Part shown: positions 9,697 through 17,280 of the stretch, in pieces | Position numbering within the stretch: the stretch's first letter is position 1 | Layout of the letters: each line of letters starts with the position of its first letter | Source: Verrucomicrobiota bacterium | GTDB taxonomy: Bacteria; Verrucomicrobiota; Verrucomicrobiia; Limisphaerales; J093 | DNA: 64,000 nucleotides | NCBI GenBank assembly: GCA_022710935.1 | Contig: JAKLFY010000005.1 | Span: forward strand, 14,087-78,086 | Direction of reading: 5' to 3' | Position numbers and translations under genes: made by a program | The notes under the pieces: generated by a model | The model's database searches: none | Seen by the model: only the letters and a program-made list of their open reading frames with translations | Told to the model about the DNA's origin: nothing

Positions 9697-9969
9697 GACA
9701 AGTCCTTTTGCGTTCGCGTCCTGTTTTCCAATCGCCGCGTCTGTTCCGTCAGCCGTGCGCGGGACATCCGGCTCTTCGATCACAAGCGCTCTCCCCTCAC
9801 GGGCTCGAGGCGCGGCACCACGATTTCGCGCGGATGAAATCGGGAGAGTGGTAACCGGTTTCAACCGCGGGGGCGAGTACAGTTCATCCGGGGCTTTATA
9901 ACGCCGCACCGCAGGTCCGCCAATGCAAAAGGCTTGACGGTCCGGCCCGATGTGATTGCATTCGGGCGC

Positions 9970-10356
9970 ATGAAGACGAACCTTTCGGCCTTGATCGCCA
10001 GTGTGTGCCTGATCGCCCTGACGGTTGGTTGTTATAACTCGGTCGACGGCCGCACCCGGACCGGCAAGCCGTTTGTGAAAGACCGGATCGAAAGCCGCTA
10101 CGAGCGCCCGCTTGACCAGATCTTCGAGGCGGCCCGGGAAGTGCTGGCATTCAACGGCACGCTCACCGGCGAGAACAGGATCGCGAACAGCCTCGAAGCC
10201 AGAATCGACAACAACACGGTCTGGGTGAAGCTCGACGACGTCGAGCCCAACATCTGCCGCGTCATGGTCCAGGCGCGCAAGAGCGGCGGAGGCGGCAATG
10301 TCGCCCTGGCCAGCGAAATCGATAAGCAGATCGCCCTGCAGCTCCAGGCCCGGTAG
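9970..10356 (+). CDS. small lipoprotein (DUF3568-like, tentative)
   Basis: Lipobox in MKTNLSALIASVCLIALTVGC, 128 aa. The family call is from memory of DUF3568-type sequences and is not verified. Confidence 0.6.
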   Translation: MKTNLSALIASVCLIALTVGCYNSVDGRTRTGKPFVKDRIESRYERPLDQIFEAAREVLAFNGTLTGENRIANSLEARIDNNTVWVKLDDVEPNICRVMVQARKSGGGGNVALASEIDKQIALQLQAR

Positions 10357-10377
10357 CGGCGCGAGCATTCGTTTTCC

Positions 10378-11631
10378 TCACGTCGACGGGGGCGAAGTGT
10401 GCCGCGGGGGAGGGCCTCCCATCTTCAGCCCCAGCCGTTTTTCATACGAGCCGAGCGCAACCGCTCGGCTCTCTTTTTTTGCGCGCAGTTCGAGCCCAAT
10501 CGTGGCCATCCGCCGCCGCGCCGCCTCCGCCGCCCCGCTCTCGGGTGAGCGCTCGATGATGCGCTCGAGCGTCTGCCGGGCCAGGGCGACATCGCCCCCT
10601 TCGCGGGCCTGCAACTCCGCCAGCAGGTTGAGCCAGCGGGTCACCTGCGCCTCCGGCGCACACGGCTGGGCGACCAACTGTTCGAGTTGCTCGGCGGCCA
10701 GATCAAGCCGCCCGAAATCGCACGCATAGACCAACGCCAGCTCCTCGCGCGCCTGGCTGTCGAGCGGGAATCGCTCCAACTGCCGCACCAGGACCTCCGC
10801 CCGGGCGACGGGATCGGGCGCCGGCGCTTTGAGTCCCTCGAAGTCCGGACGCAACCCGAGGCGATCCTCATGCCGGGTGAGTTTGAGCGGCTTGCGCTCG
10901 GTGGTGCCGGCCAGGAACTCCGCCGTCGCCAGGTGGGCCAGCCGCTGGTGCGCATGGTAGGCCTCCGGAGAGTCGGGAAACAGATCGACAATCCGCTGGA
11001 ACGTCGCACGCGCCGCAACCGGGTCTTTCAGATACTTGAGCTGCCAGTCCGCCAGCCGCGTGAAGGCATAGGCCACGTTCTTGGGGGCGTGCACCGGCTG
11101 GCTCGCAATCCGCTCGATCGTCTCCGTCGCGGCCGGGAGGTCATGGAGATTGTCCGCCTGGATTTCGGCCAGCATCATCAGGCCGCGGAAATGCGTCGGA
11201 AACACTTCGAGTTGTTTCTCGAGCTCCGCCACCGCCTCGATGTACCGGCCGGTCTTCTGGCGCGCCTCGGCGATCGAAAAGAACGGCTCCGGATCGGGCG
11301 GCACATCGCCGCCATCATAAAGCTGGCCGAATTTGCGCCCGACCGACCCCGCAAGATGCGGGACCCAGATAATGGCCAGGATGAGACCGCCCACGGCGGC
11401 CATCGGGACCCCGACGAAGGCCGCGCCGTAATCGAAGCGTCCCACGATCGGCCCGACCACCAGCCCCAGGAACAACAGGTCGGCCAAAGTCAGCAGCCAG
11501 CGCTTGAGAAGGCCGGGGCGGTCGTCGCTCTTCTTCCACCAGGCGGTCAGGAGCCAGGCCGCCACAACCACCCCGCCCAACGCGCCCAGGATCCGCGCTG
11601 CGATGGTCCAGAAATCAGTCATAGCCCGCAT
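10378..11631 (-). CDS. membrane-anchored tetratricopeptide repeat protein
   Basis: Three or four N-terminal TM helices followed by TPR-like helical repeats (AYHAHQRLAHL, ELALVYA..). The track start at 11667 is GTG; ATG 11631 is used. Confidence 0.7.
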   Translation of the reverse strand: MRAMTDFWTIAARILGALGGVVVAAWLLTAWWKKSDDRPGLLKRWLLTLADLLFLGLVVGPIVGRFDYGAAFVGVPMAAVGGLILAIIWVPHLAGSVGRKFGQLYDGGDVPPDPEPFFSIAEARQKTGRYIEAVAELEKQLEVFPTHFRGLMMLAEIQADNLHDLPAATETIERIASQPVHAPKNVAYAFTRLADWQLKYLKDPVAARATFQRIVDLFPDSPEAYHAHQRLAHLATAEFLAGTTERKPLKLTRHEDRLGLRPDFEGLKAPAPDPVARAEVLVRQLERFPLDSQAREELALVYACDFGRLDLAAEQLEQLVAQPCAPEAQVTRWLNLLAELQAREGGDVALARQTLERIIERSPESGAAEAARRRMATIGLELRAKKESRAVALGSYEKRLGLKMGGPPPRHTSPPST

Positions 11632-11691
11632 AGCAGTGCTCTTGCGACGTCTGACCGCCCCGTGCACCGTCGGAGTGTGACACAGGCAGGG

Positions 11692-12747
11692 TTAGCCGGT
11701 CCGCTGCGCGATGCGGTCCGGATGACGGGCGCGCGTCAGGGCGACATCATAGCTGATCAGGCAGCGGCAGTAGAGGTCGTAGAGGCAGGTGTCGAGCAGG
11801 GTCATGCCGTCCTTGCCGCCGGTTTGGATGATGGTCTCGATCATATGGAGCTGGTTTTCGCGGATGACGTTGCGCACCGCGCTGTTGGCCACGAGCAGCT
11901 CATAAGCCAGAGTCCGACGCGAGCGATCGACGCTGGGCACCAATTCCTGGGCGATGATCCCCTGCAGGGAATTGGCCATTTGAAGGATGACCTGGCGCTG
12001 CGCCGCGCCCTCGAACACCCCAATAATCCGCTCGATCGCATGGACCACGCTGGGCGAATGCAGGGTGCCGACGACCAGGTGCCCCGTCTCGGCCGCCGTC
12101 AGCGCCGTGGCGACCGCGGCGTGATCGCGCATCTCGCCAATGACGATCACGTCGGGATCCTGACGCAGGACGTGGATGAGGGCGCGACGGAACGAGTGGG
12201 TGTCGGAGAGCACTTCCTGCTGGACCACGATCGCACGCTTGTTCCGGTGCACGAACTCGATCGGATCTTCAATGGTCACGATTTTGCAGCGCCGCTCGCT
12301 GTTGATCAGATCGACGATGTAGTTGAGGGTCGTGGTCTTGCCGGAGCCCGTGGGGCCGGCGATCAACAAGAGCCCGTTGGGACGCCGCGCCAGTTCATCG
12401 AGCTTTGAAGGCAACCCGAGATCCTCCCGCGACGGAATCTCCTCGCCGCAGAACCTGAAGCTGAACTCCGCATGGCCGTCGCGCCGATAGAGCGCCACGC
12501 GCACCCGCCCCACCTCGGGGCAGTGCAGGGAAGTGCACAGTTCCCATTCGCGACGGAATGCCGCCGCCTGTTCGGCGTTCAACATGGATCCCGCCAAATC
12601 CTCGAGCTCGGTCGATGTGAGGACATCCCCGTCGGCGAGGATGATCTCCCCGTTGATCCGGAAGGCCGGAGGAGCGCCGGCGACGAGGTGGAGGTCGGAG
12701 GCCCCGCGCTCGACCGCCATCTGCAGCAGTGCGTCGAGCCGTTGCAT
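11692..12747 (-). CDS. pilT: type IV pilus twitching-motility ATPase PilT family
   Basis: ASDLHL, Walker A GPTGSGKTTT, IVTIEDPIEF, VIVIGEMRD and His box TGHLVVGTLH. Confidence 0.9.
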   Translation of the reverse strand: MQRLDALLQMAVERGASDLHLVAGAPPAFRINGEIILADGDVLTSTELEDLAGSMLNAEQAAAFRREWELCTSLHCPEVGRVRVALYRRDGHAEFSFRFCGEEIPSREDLGLPSKLDELARRPNGLLLIAGPTGSGKTTTLNYIVDLINSERRCKIVTIEDPIEFVHRNKRAIVVQQEVLSDTHSFRRALIHVLRQDPDVIVIGEMRDHAAVATALTAAETGHLVVGTLHSPSVVHAIERIIGVFEGAAQRQVILQMANSLQGIIAQELVPSVDRSRRTLAYELLVANSAVRNVIRENQLHMIETIIQTGGKDGMTLLDTCLYDLYCRCLISYDVALTRARHPDRIAQRTG

Positions 12748-12749
12748 CG

Positions 12750-13523
12750 TCAGCCCTCCCAGAACCTGCGGCACCGCCCGGCCAGGCGCGCCCAGAAACC
12801 GGCCTCACGCAGCGAAGCGTCCGCCTCGTCGGCCTCCGGGCACTGGGGATCGATCTCGCGCGCCTGGGCGAAGGAATCGTTCGCCGCGGCGCCGAGCCCC
12901 AACGCCAGTTGACAACGCCCCAGTTGCAGCCAGATCGCCGCCTGGCCGTTGTCCAGGGCCAGGGCTTGAGTCGCCAGTTTCAGCCCCAGCGAAAACTTGC
13001 GGTAGAAAGCGTGAATGCGCGAGGCGAGCCAGGGCCAGACCCAGTCCCCCGAGGCCACAGCCAGGGCCTTGACAAAACAGTGCTCCGCCCGCTTCTCCGC
13101 CCGCGCCAGCAGCACATCCCCGCGCGCCAGCCACACGTACGGCGTCGAACTCTCCTCTTCGAGGGCCGCGTCCGAAAAGGCCAACGCGGCTTTCGTGTCG
13201 CCTTGCCTGGCCAGCGCAACCGCCTTGGCCGCGAGGGCGTCCGCATGCCGGGGGAACCGCTCCAGCGCCTTGTCCGCCCAGCGGTTGGCCTCGTCGAACT
13301 GCCCCATCTCGATCAACATCCGCGCCTGCCCCACCCACGCCACCGCGTCGTTGGGCGCGCCTTCGAGCACGCGCGCATACAATCGCAACGCCTGCTCGAA
13401 CGCCCCGCGCCGAAAGGCCGCGTCCGCCTCGCGAAGATGCATCACCTCGTCGCTCACTGCCTCACTCTGCGACGCCTGCTCGATCCTCGAGCGACTGAAT
13501 TCCAGATTGCCGAAACGACTCAT
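12750..13523 (-). CDS. tetratricopeptide repeat protein
   Basis: TPR-like repeats (FEQALRLYARVLEGAPNDAVAWVGQARMLIEMGQFDEANRWADKAL). ATG at 13523. The stop lies 2 nt before the pilT start. Confidence 0.7.
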   Translation of the reverse strand: MSRFGNLEFSRSRIEQASQSEAVSDEVMHLREADAAFRRGAFEQALRLYARVLEGAPNDAVAWVGQARMLIEMGQFDEANRWADKALERFPRHADALAAKAVALARQGDTKAALAFSDAALEEESSTPYVWLARGDVLLARAEKRAEHCFVKALAVASGDWVWPWLASRIHAFYRKFSLGLKLATQALALDNGQAAIWLQLGRCQLALGLGAAANDSFAQAREIDPQCPEADEADASLREAGFWARLAGRCRRFWEG

Positions 13524-13870
13524 GCTGTCCCGATCCCTGCCCGACGCCGTCCCAACCGCCTCGCCCCGACAGGCCTCCCGACGCCGATCCCTCTCCCTCC
13601 CCCCCGTGCGACCGGGGCGGCGGGCCGGTCTGCGTCGGGCTCGATGGAAGTGTCGCACACCGTTGCCGCGAGACAAACTTTTTCCCCGGTCGTACTGCGT
13701 CGACCAAACGCCCGTTGGACAGTCGGCGCGCGCGAACGTCACGCGCCGATCGAAGGCGCCCGGCGACCAGCGCCGAACAACCGCCGATGCCTGACGGGGC
13801 CCCGGCGATTGAAGACCTTGGGCTCCGGCATCGTCCACTCAGACTGAAACCGAATTCAACGCTCGGCCAA

Positions 13871-14662
13871 ATGCTTATGAAATGCTCGATTGTTTGCCTG
13901 CTCGCAGGCGCCGGAATTGTGTTTTGTCTCCCGAGCCCGGGGGGCGAGCCGCCGTCCTCCAAGGAGTTCCTCCCGCCCGCCCCGGAGGGCAAGGAGTGGA
14001 AGCTGGTATGGCAGGACGAATTCAACGGGGCGGCCCTGGACGAGACCAAGTGGAATCGGCTGGGAGACTGGAAACGCCGCGACGGCTTCTGGGTCAAGGA
14101 CGATGCGTACGTCGACGGCCAGGGCCATCTGGTGCTTCGCACCAAAAAGGACGGCGAGCGGTTTACCTGCGGCGCCGTCAACACCCGCGGCAAGTTCGAG
14201 CACGCGTTCGGCTACCTGGTCGCGCGCTGCCAGATGCCCAAACAACCCGGCCATTGGCCCGCCTTCTGGCTGATGTGCGATGGTGTCAGCAAGCTCGGCG
14301 ACGAGGGCCGGGACGGCACCGAGATCGACATCGTCGAGGTCCCGTGGCGCGACGGCCAGTTGACGTCGAACCTGCATTGGGACGGCTACGGCAAAGACCA
14401 CAAATCGGCCGGGATCAAGTTCAAGGTCGATGGCGTCATGGAAGGGTGGCACACCTTCGGACTCCTGTGGCTGCCGGAGGAGTATGTGTTCTATGTCGAC
14501 GGCAAGGAGACCTGGCGCACCACGGCCGGGGGCGTCTCCCGGGTGCCGGAGTTCATCAAGCTGACCGAAGAGATCGGGACCTGGGGCGGCGACATCACGA
14601 AGGCCGAGCTCCCCGATTATTTCCGTGTCGATTACGTCCGCGTTTACAGCTTTGCGCCGTAG
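13871..14662 (+). CDS. glycoside hydrolase family 16 (beta-glucanase-like)
   Basis: Signal peptide MLMKCSIVCLLAGAGIV, then WQDEFNG, WPAFWLM and the catalytic EIDIVE motif. Confidence 0.85.
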   Translation: MLMKCSIVCLLAGAGIVFCLPSPGGEPPSSKEFLPPAPEGKEWKLVWQDEFNGAALDETKWNRLGDWKRRDGFWVKDDAYVDGQGHLVLRTKKDGERFTCGAVNTRGKFEHAFGYLVARCQMPKQPGHWPAFWLMCDGVSKLGDEGRDGTEIDIVEVPWRDGQLTSNLHWDGYGKDHKSAGIKFKVDGVMEGWHTFGLLWLPEEYVFYVDGKETWRTTAGGVSRVPEFIKLTEEIGTWGGDITKAELPDYFRVDYVRVYSFAP

Positions 14663-14668
14663 GATCCC

Positions 14669-15211
14669 ATGAATGCGCCCGCTCGCAGCCCCTCCCTCGA
14701 GTTCATTGTTGGACGCCGCAGCATCCGGGTCTACCGGCCCGGCGAGATTGACGAGCCGACCGTTCAGGCGCTTCTCGAAGCCGCCATGGCCGCGCCCTCA
14801 GCCGTCGCCAGGGATCCATGGCGTTTTGTGGTGATCCGCTCGCGCGCCACCCTCACCGCGATGACGCAGATCCTGCCGAACGGCCAGATGCTGGCGACCG
14901 CCGCCCTGGGCATCGTCGTCTGCGGCGAACTCGAAGCGGCCCACGACCGGCAACTCAGCTACCTGCTCCAGGATTGTGCCGCGAGCGTCGAAAACCTCCT
15001 GCTCGCCGCGCACGGGCTGGGGTTGGGGGCGTGCTGGCTGGGGATCCACCCGCGGGAAGCCCGGGTTCAAAAGATCGCGAGCCTCCTCGGTATTCCGGCG
15101 GGTGTCATTCCCGTCGCTGCGATCGCGCTCGGTTGGCCCGGGGAAACCAAGGAACCGCGCACTCGCTTCAACGGCGCCCGGGTGCATCGCGAGCGGTGGG
15201 GCGGGCCCTGA
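14669..15211 (+). CDS. nitroreductase family protein
   Basis: RRSIRVY...EAAMAAPSA..DPWRFVVI, plus length and layout typical of NADH/FMN nitroreductases. Confidence 0.8.
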   Translation: MNAPARSPSLEFIVGRRSIRVYRPGEIDEPTVQALLEAAMAAPSAVARDPWRFVVIRSRATLTAMTQILPNGQMLATAALGIVVCGELEAAHDRQLSYLLQDCAASVENLLLAAHGLGLGACWLGIHPREARVQKIASLLGIPAGVIPVAAIALGWPGETKEPRTRFNGARVHRERWGGP

Positions 15212-15241
15212 CCCCGTGGAGTCAAACCCAGACTACGAGCC

Positions 15242-15652
15242 GTGAGTTCGATTTCGAGGGACCGGCACCACCGGCTTTTTGCCCGTCTTTCCGAACACCT
15301 GGCGCCGTTCAAGTCGTCCTGCTACTATTGTCCTGAAGCCGACGCCTTGAACCTCCATTTCCGAGCGGATGAGTATTACGCGGAGCGGGTCGATGATCGG
15401 TTGACCGTCTACCTATCGCTCGATTCCGATCAGCTTGTCGGGTGCCAAGTGAAGGGAATTCGACACACCTTGCACCGGTTTGAAGGCTTCGGTATTGGGG
15501 TTTCGGGGCAGGACGTCGATGTGGCCGCCGTATTCTTCGCACACGGGATGCTGGCAAAGGTGACCGAGCGCAAGCGTTACGCCGAACTAGCTCTCGAGGC
15601 TGCAAAACACCGCCTGCACGTGCCCCAGAACCGCATGTTAGTGCCCGCGTAG
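15242..15652 (+). CDS. hypothetical protein
   Basis: 136-aa ORF with a GTG start and coding-like composition. No family recognised. Confidence 0.4.
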   Translation: MSSISRDRHHRLFARLSEHLAPFKSSCYYCPEADALNLHFRADEYYAERVDDRLTVYLSLDSDQLVGCQVKGIRHTLHRFEGFGIGVSGQDVDVAAVFFAHGMLAKVTERKRYAELALEAAKHRLHVPQNRMLVPA

Positions 15653-15760
15653 CCCGTCCAGGCGTGGCCGATGGTCCTCCCGCCATCGGGAGTTTCGGCA
15701 GCGGCTCGCCGCCGCCTCGACGCGAGCAAGCCGGAAGAAGACCGATGCCCGCCGCCAGTC

Positions 15761-15952
15761 CTACGCTGAAACTATGATCAGGCCCTTTTCCACCGCAGTG
15801 GCGCGCAGTTCATTCAGCAGGGTGATCGCTGCGACCAACCCGTCATTGATGGCCTGGACATCGGCTCGAGTGGGCGGATCGCTGATGATCCGAGAGTCGT
15901 AGGTTACCGCAGCCTGGGTGGCCCCGGCCCGCTCGGCCGTCGGCTTCGCCAC
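15761..15952 (-). CDS. small hypothetical protein (phage fibre-tip-like C-terminal motif)
   Basis: GTG at 15952, 63 aa (VAKPTAERAGATQAAVTYDS...ADVQAINDGLVAAITLLNELRATAVEKGLI). A diverged paralogous stretch is present at about 21006-21230. The frame overlaps the end of the preceding gene. Confidence 0.35.
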   Translation of the reverse strand: MAKPTAERAGATQAAVTYDSRIISDPPTRADVQAINDGLVAAITLLNELRATAVEKGLIIVSA

Positions 15953-15969
15953 CGAGTGTTGCGCCCTCT

Positions 15970-16353
15970 CTACGCCTCCGGCACCTCCCACACGTACCCG
16001 CTGGTGTGCCGCTTGATGTGGCCGGCGGTGACGTTCAGGATGAGGTAACCCGTTGGGATGGCGCCCGATGACGGGTCCGTCGTCACCGCCGCCGGCCTGA
16101 TCTGCATCCATGTCCCTGGCGTCCCGGCCACCGTGCAAACCCACTCCCCGCCCAGCGCATCGCGCCAAAACTCATTCAGGACCCGCGCGCCCGAGGTCGG
16201 CGGGCCGATGATGGTGGTCGGGTTGCCGTTCTGGTAGGCGGCGACCCGCTTGGCGATTTCCTCGGCCAGGACGGTGAAGTTGTCGGCGGTCAGTTCGCGG
16301 AACAGTGCCGCCTTGCTGACGTCCTTGAGTCCGCTCGGTGCGATGGTGCTCAT
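15970..16353 (-). CDS. hypothetical protein (127 aa)
   Basis: ATG overlaps the upstream stop (ATGA). A paralog of the C-terminal 50 aa (SSGAIPTGYLILNVTAGHIKRHTSGYVWEVPEA) occurs at 21230-21394. Confidence 0.6.
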   Translation of the reverse strand: MSTIAPSGLKDVSKAALFRELTADNFTVLAEEIAKRVAAYQNGNPTTIIGPPTSGARVLNEFWRDALGGEWVCTVAGTPGTWMQIRPAAVTTDPSSGAIPTGYLILNVTAGHIKRHTSGYVWEVPEA

Positions 16354-16637
16354 GGTCGGATGGACTGGATCAGGCGGGTGAGGGCGTCGACGGTCTCGGC
16401 GGCGTTGGTGACGCCGTGTTGGCCGATCGAGTCGGTGCCGAAGCTCTGGGTCTTGTCGGTCTGGAGGGCCTTGATCTTCGAGACCGTCTGGGCCGGCGAG
16501 AAGAACGCGGTGCCCGAGATCCGCGTGGTGATCGTGCGTTTGTTGGGACTTTCATCAATCTGGGTGACGCTGAAGCGGGCGCAGCCGGCCTCCAGGGCCA
16601 GCAGCCCGACGCCAAGGGTGATGAGGTTGCGATTCAT
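16350..16637 (-). CDS. small lipoprotein (95 aa)
   Basis: MNRNLITLGVGLLALEAGC lipobox. The start overlaps the upstream stop. The longer track ORF (to 16952) merely reads through the tandem repeat. Confidence 0.6.
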   Translation of the reverse strand: MNRNLITLGVGLLALEAGCARFSVTQIDESPNKRTITTRISGTAFFSPAQTVSKIKALQTDKTQSFGTDSIGQHGVTNAAETVDALTRLIQSIRP

Positions 16638-16879
16638 ACTTTGGCTATGGTGATGGAGTCGAAGTCGAGGCTGCGGTAGCCGCCCAGGGCGAGGTAGGCC
16701 CGGACGGTGAAGTCGGTCTCGGCGCCCAAGGCGGCGACCAGCTCGGCGTTGGCGAGGGTGAAGGGTCCGTCCCTGCCGACGGTCAACGTCGCCTTGAGAA
16801 CGCCGCCAGCCCAGAGTTCGAGGACCGCCCGAAGTGCCGCGCGTTCTTCGAGTCCTTCTACGCCCTTCCGGTTCAACAT
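16634..16879 (-). CDS. hypothetical protein (81 aa), first gene of the mini-operon
   Basis: ATG at 16879 (MLNRKGVEGLEERAALRAVLELW..) immediately follows the tandem repeat. Translationally coupled to the next ORF. Confidence 0.5.
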   Translation of the reverse strand: MLNRKGVEGLEERAALRAVLELWAGGVLKATLTVGRDGPFTLANAELVAALGAETDFTVRAYLALGGYRSLDFDSITIAKV

Positions 16880-16880
16880 G

Positions 16881-16953
16881 AGTCCGCATAGAAGTCCGCA
16901 TAGTCCGCATAGAAGTCCGCATAGTCCGCATAGGAGTCCGCATAGTCCGCATA
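16881..16953. repeat. tandem repeat with 7 copies of core GTCCGCATA (about 21-nt super-period)
   Basis: Read directly: gaGTCCGCATAgaaGTCCGCATAGTCCGCATAgaaGTCCGCATAGTCCGCATAggaGTCCGCATAGTCCGCATA. Confidence 0.95.
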
Positions 16954-17280
16954 GAACCGCCACGCCACCCCCACTCATGAAGAAATGTTTCGATGCCAAT
17001 TCGCCGGAAAAACGCTCCGGCACCCGGTCGCAGACTACTGCTGATGACGCCTGCAAGGTGTTGCGCCGCAGCCTGGTGATGTCAGGGTAGGCCCTTCCTC
17101 TCGCGCCGTGTCCGAGTGTTCCGGTGCTCGCCAGAGCGCTGCCTAAGTGTTCGCCACACGCTCGGACTCTCGAAACCGGCATCCCCTATGCTTTGGCTTT
17201 TGAGCGAAGCCGAACGTCGATCCCGCTGGTCCGTCGAGAGACGCCGGCGGGCAGACACAGAACCATAGACTCATGATGTT

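Noticed and set aside
9697-10368. N-terminal 223-aa extension of the 839-aa ORF 7849-10368.
   Set aside because: The extension has no signal peptide or motifs and is antisense to the well-formed lipoprotein gene 9970-10356. A good signal peptide begins at the internal ATG 9696.
16638-17182. Peptide repeats MRTMRTS... (track ORF 16350-16952) and CGLCGLL... (track ORF 16634-17182) as genuine repeat proteins.
   Set aside because: They are translations of the GTCCGCATA tandem DNA repeat in two frames. The sequence upstream of the repeat shows no coding character, and plausible starts exist just downstream.
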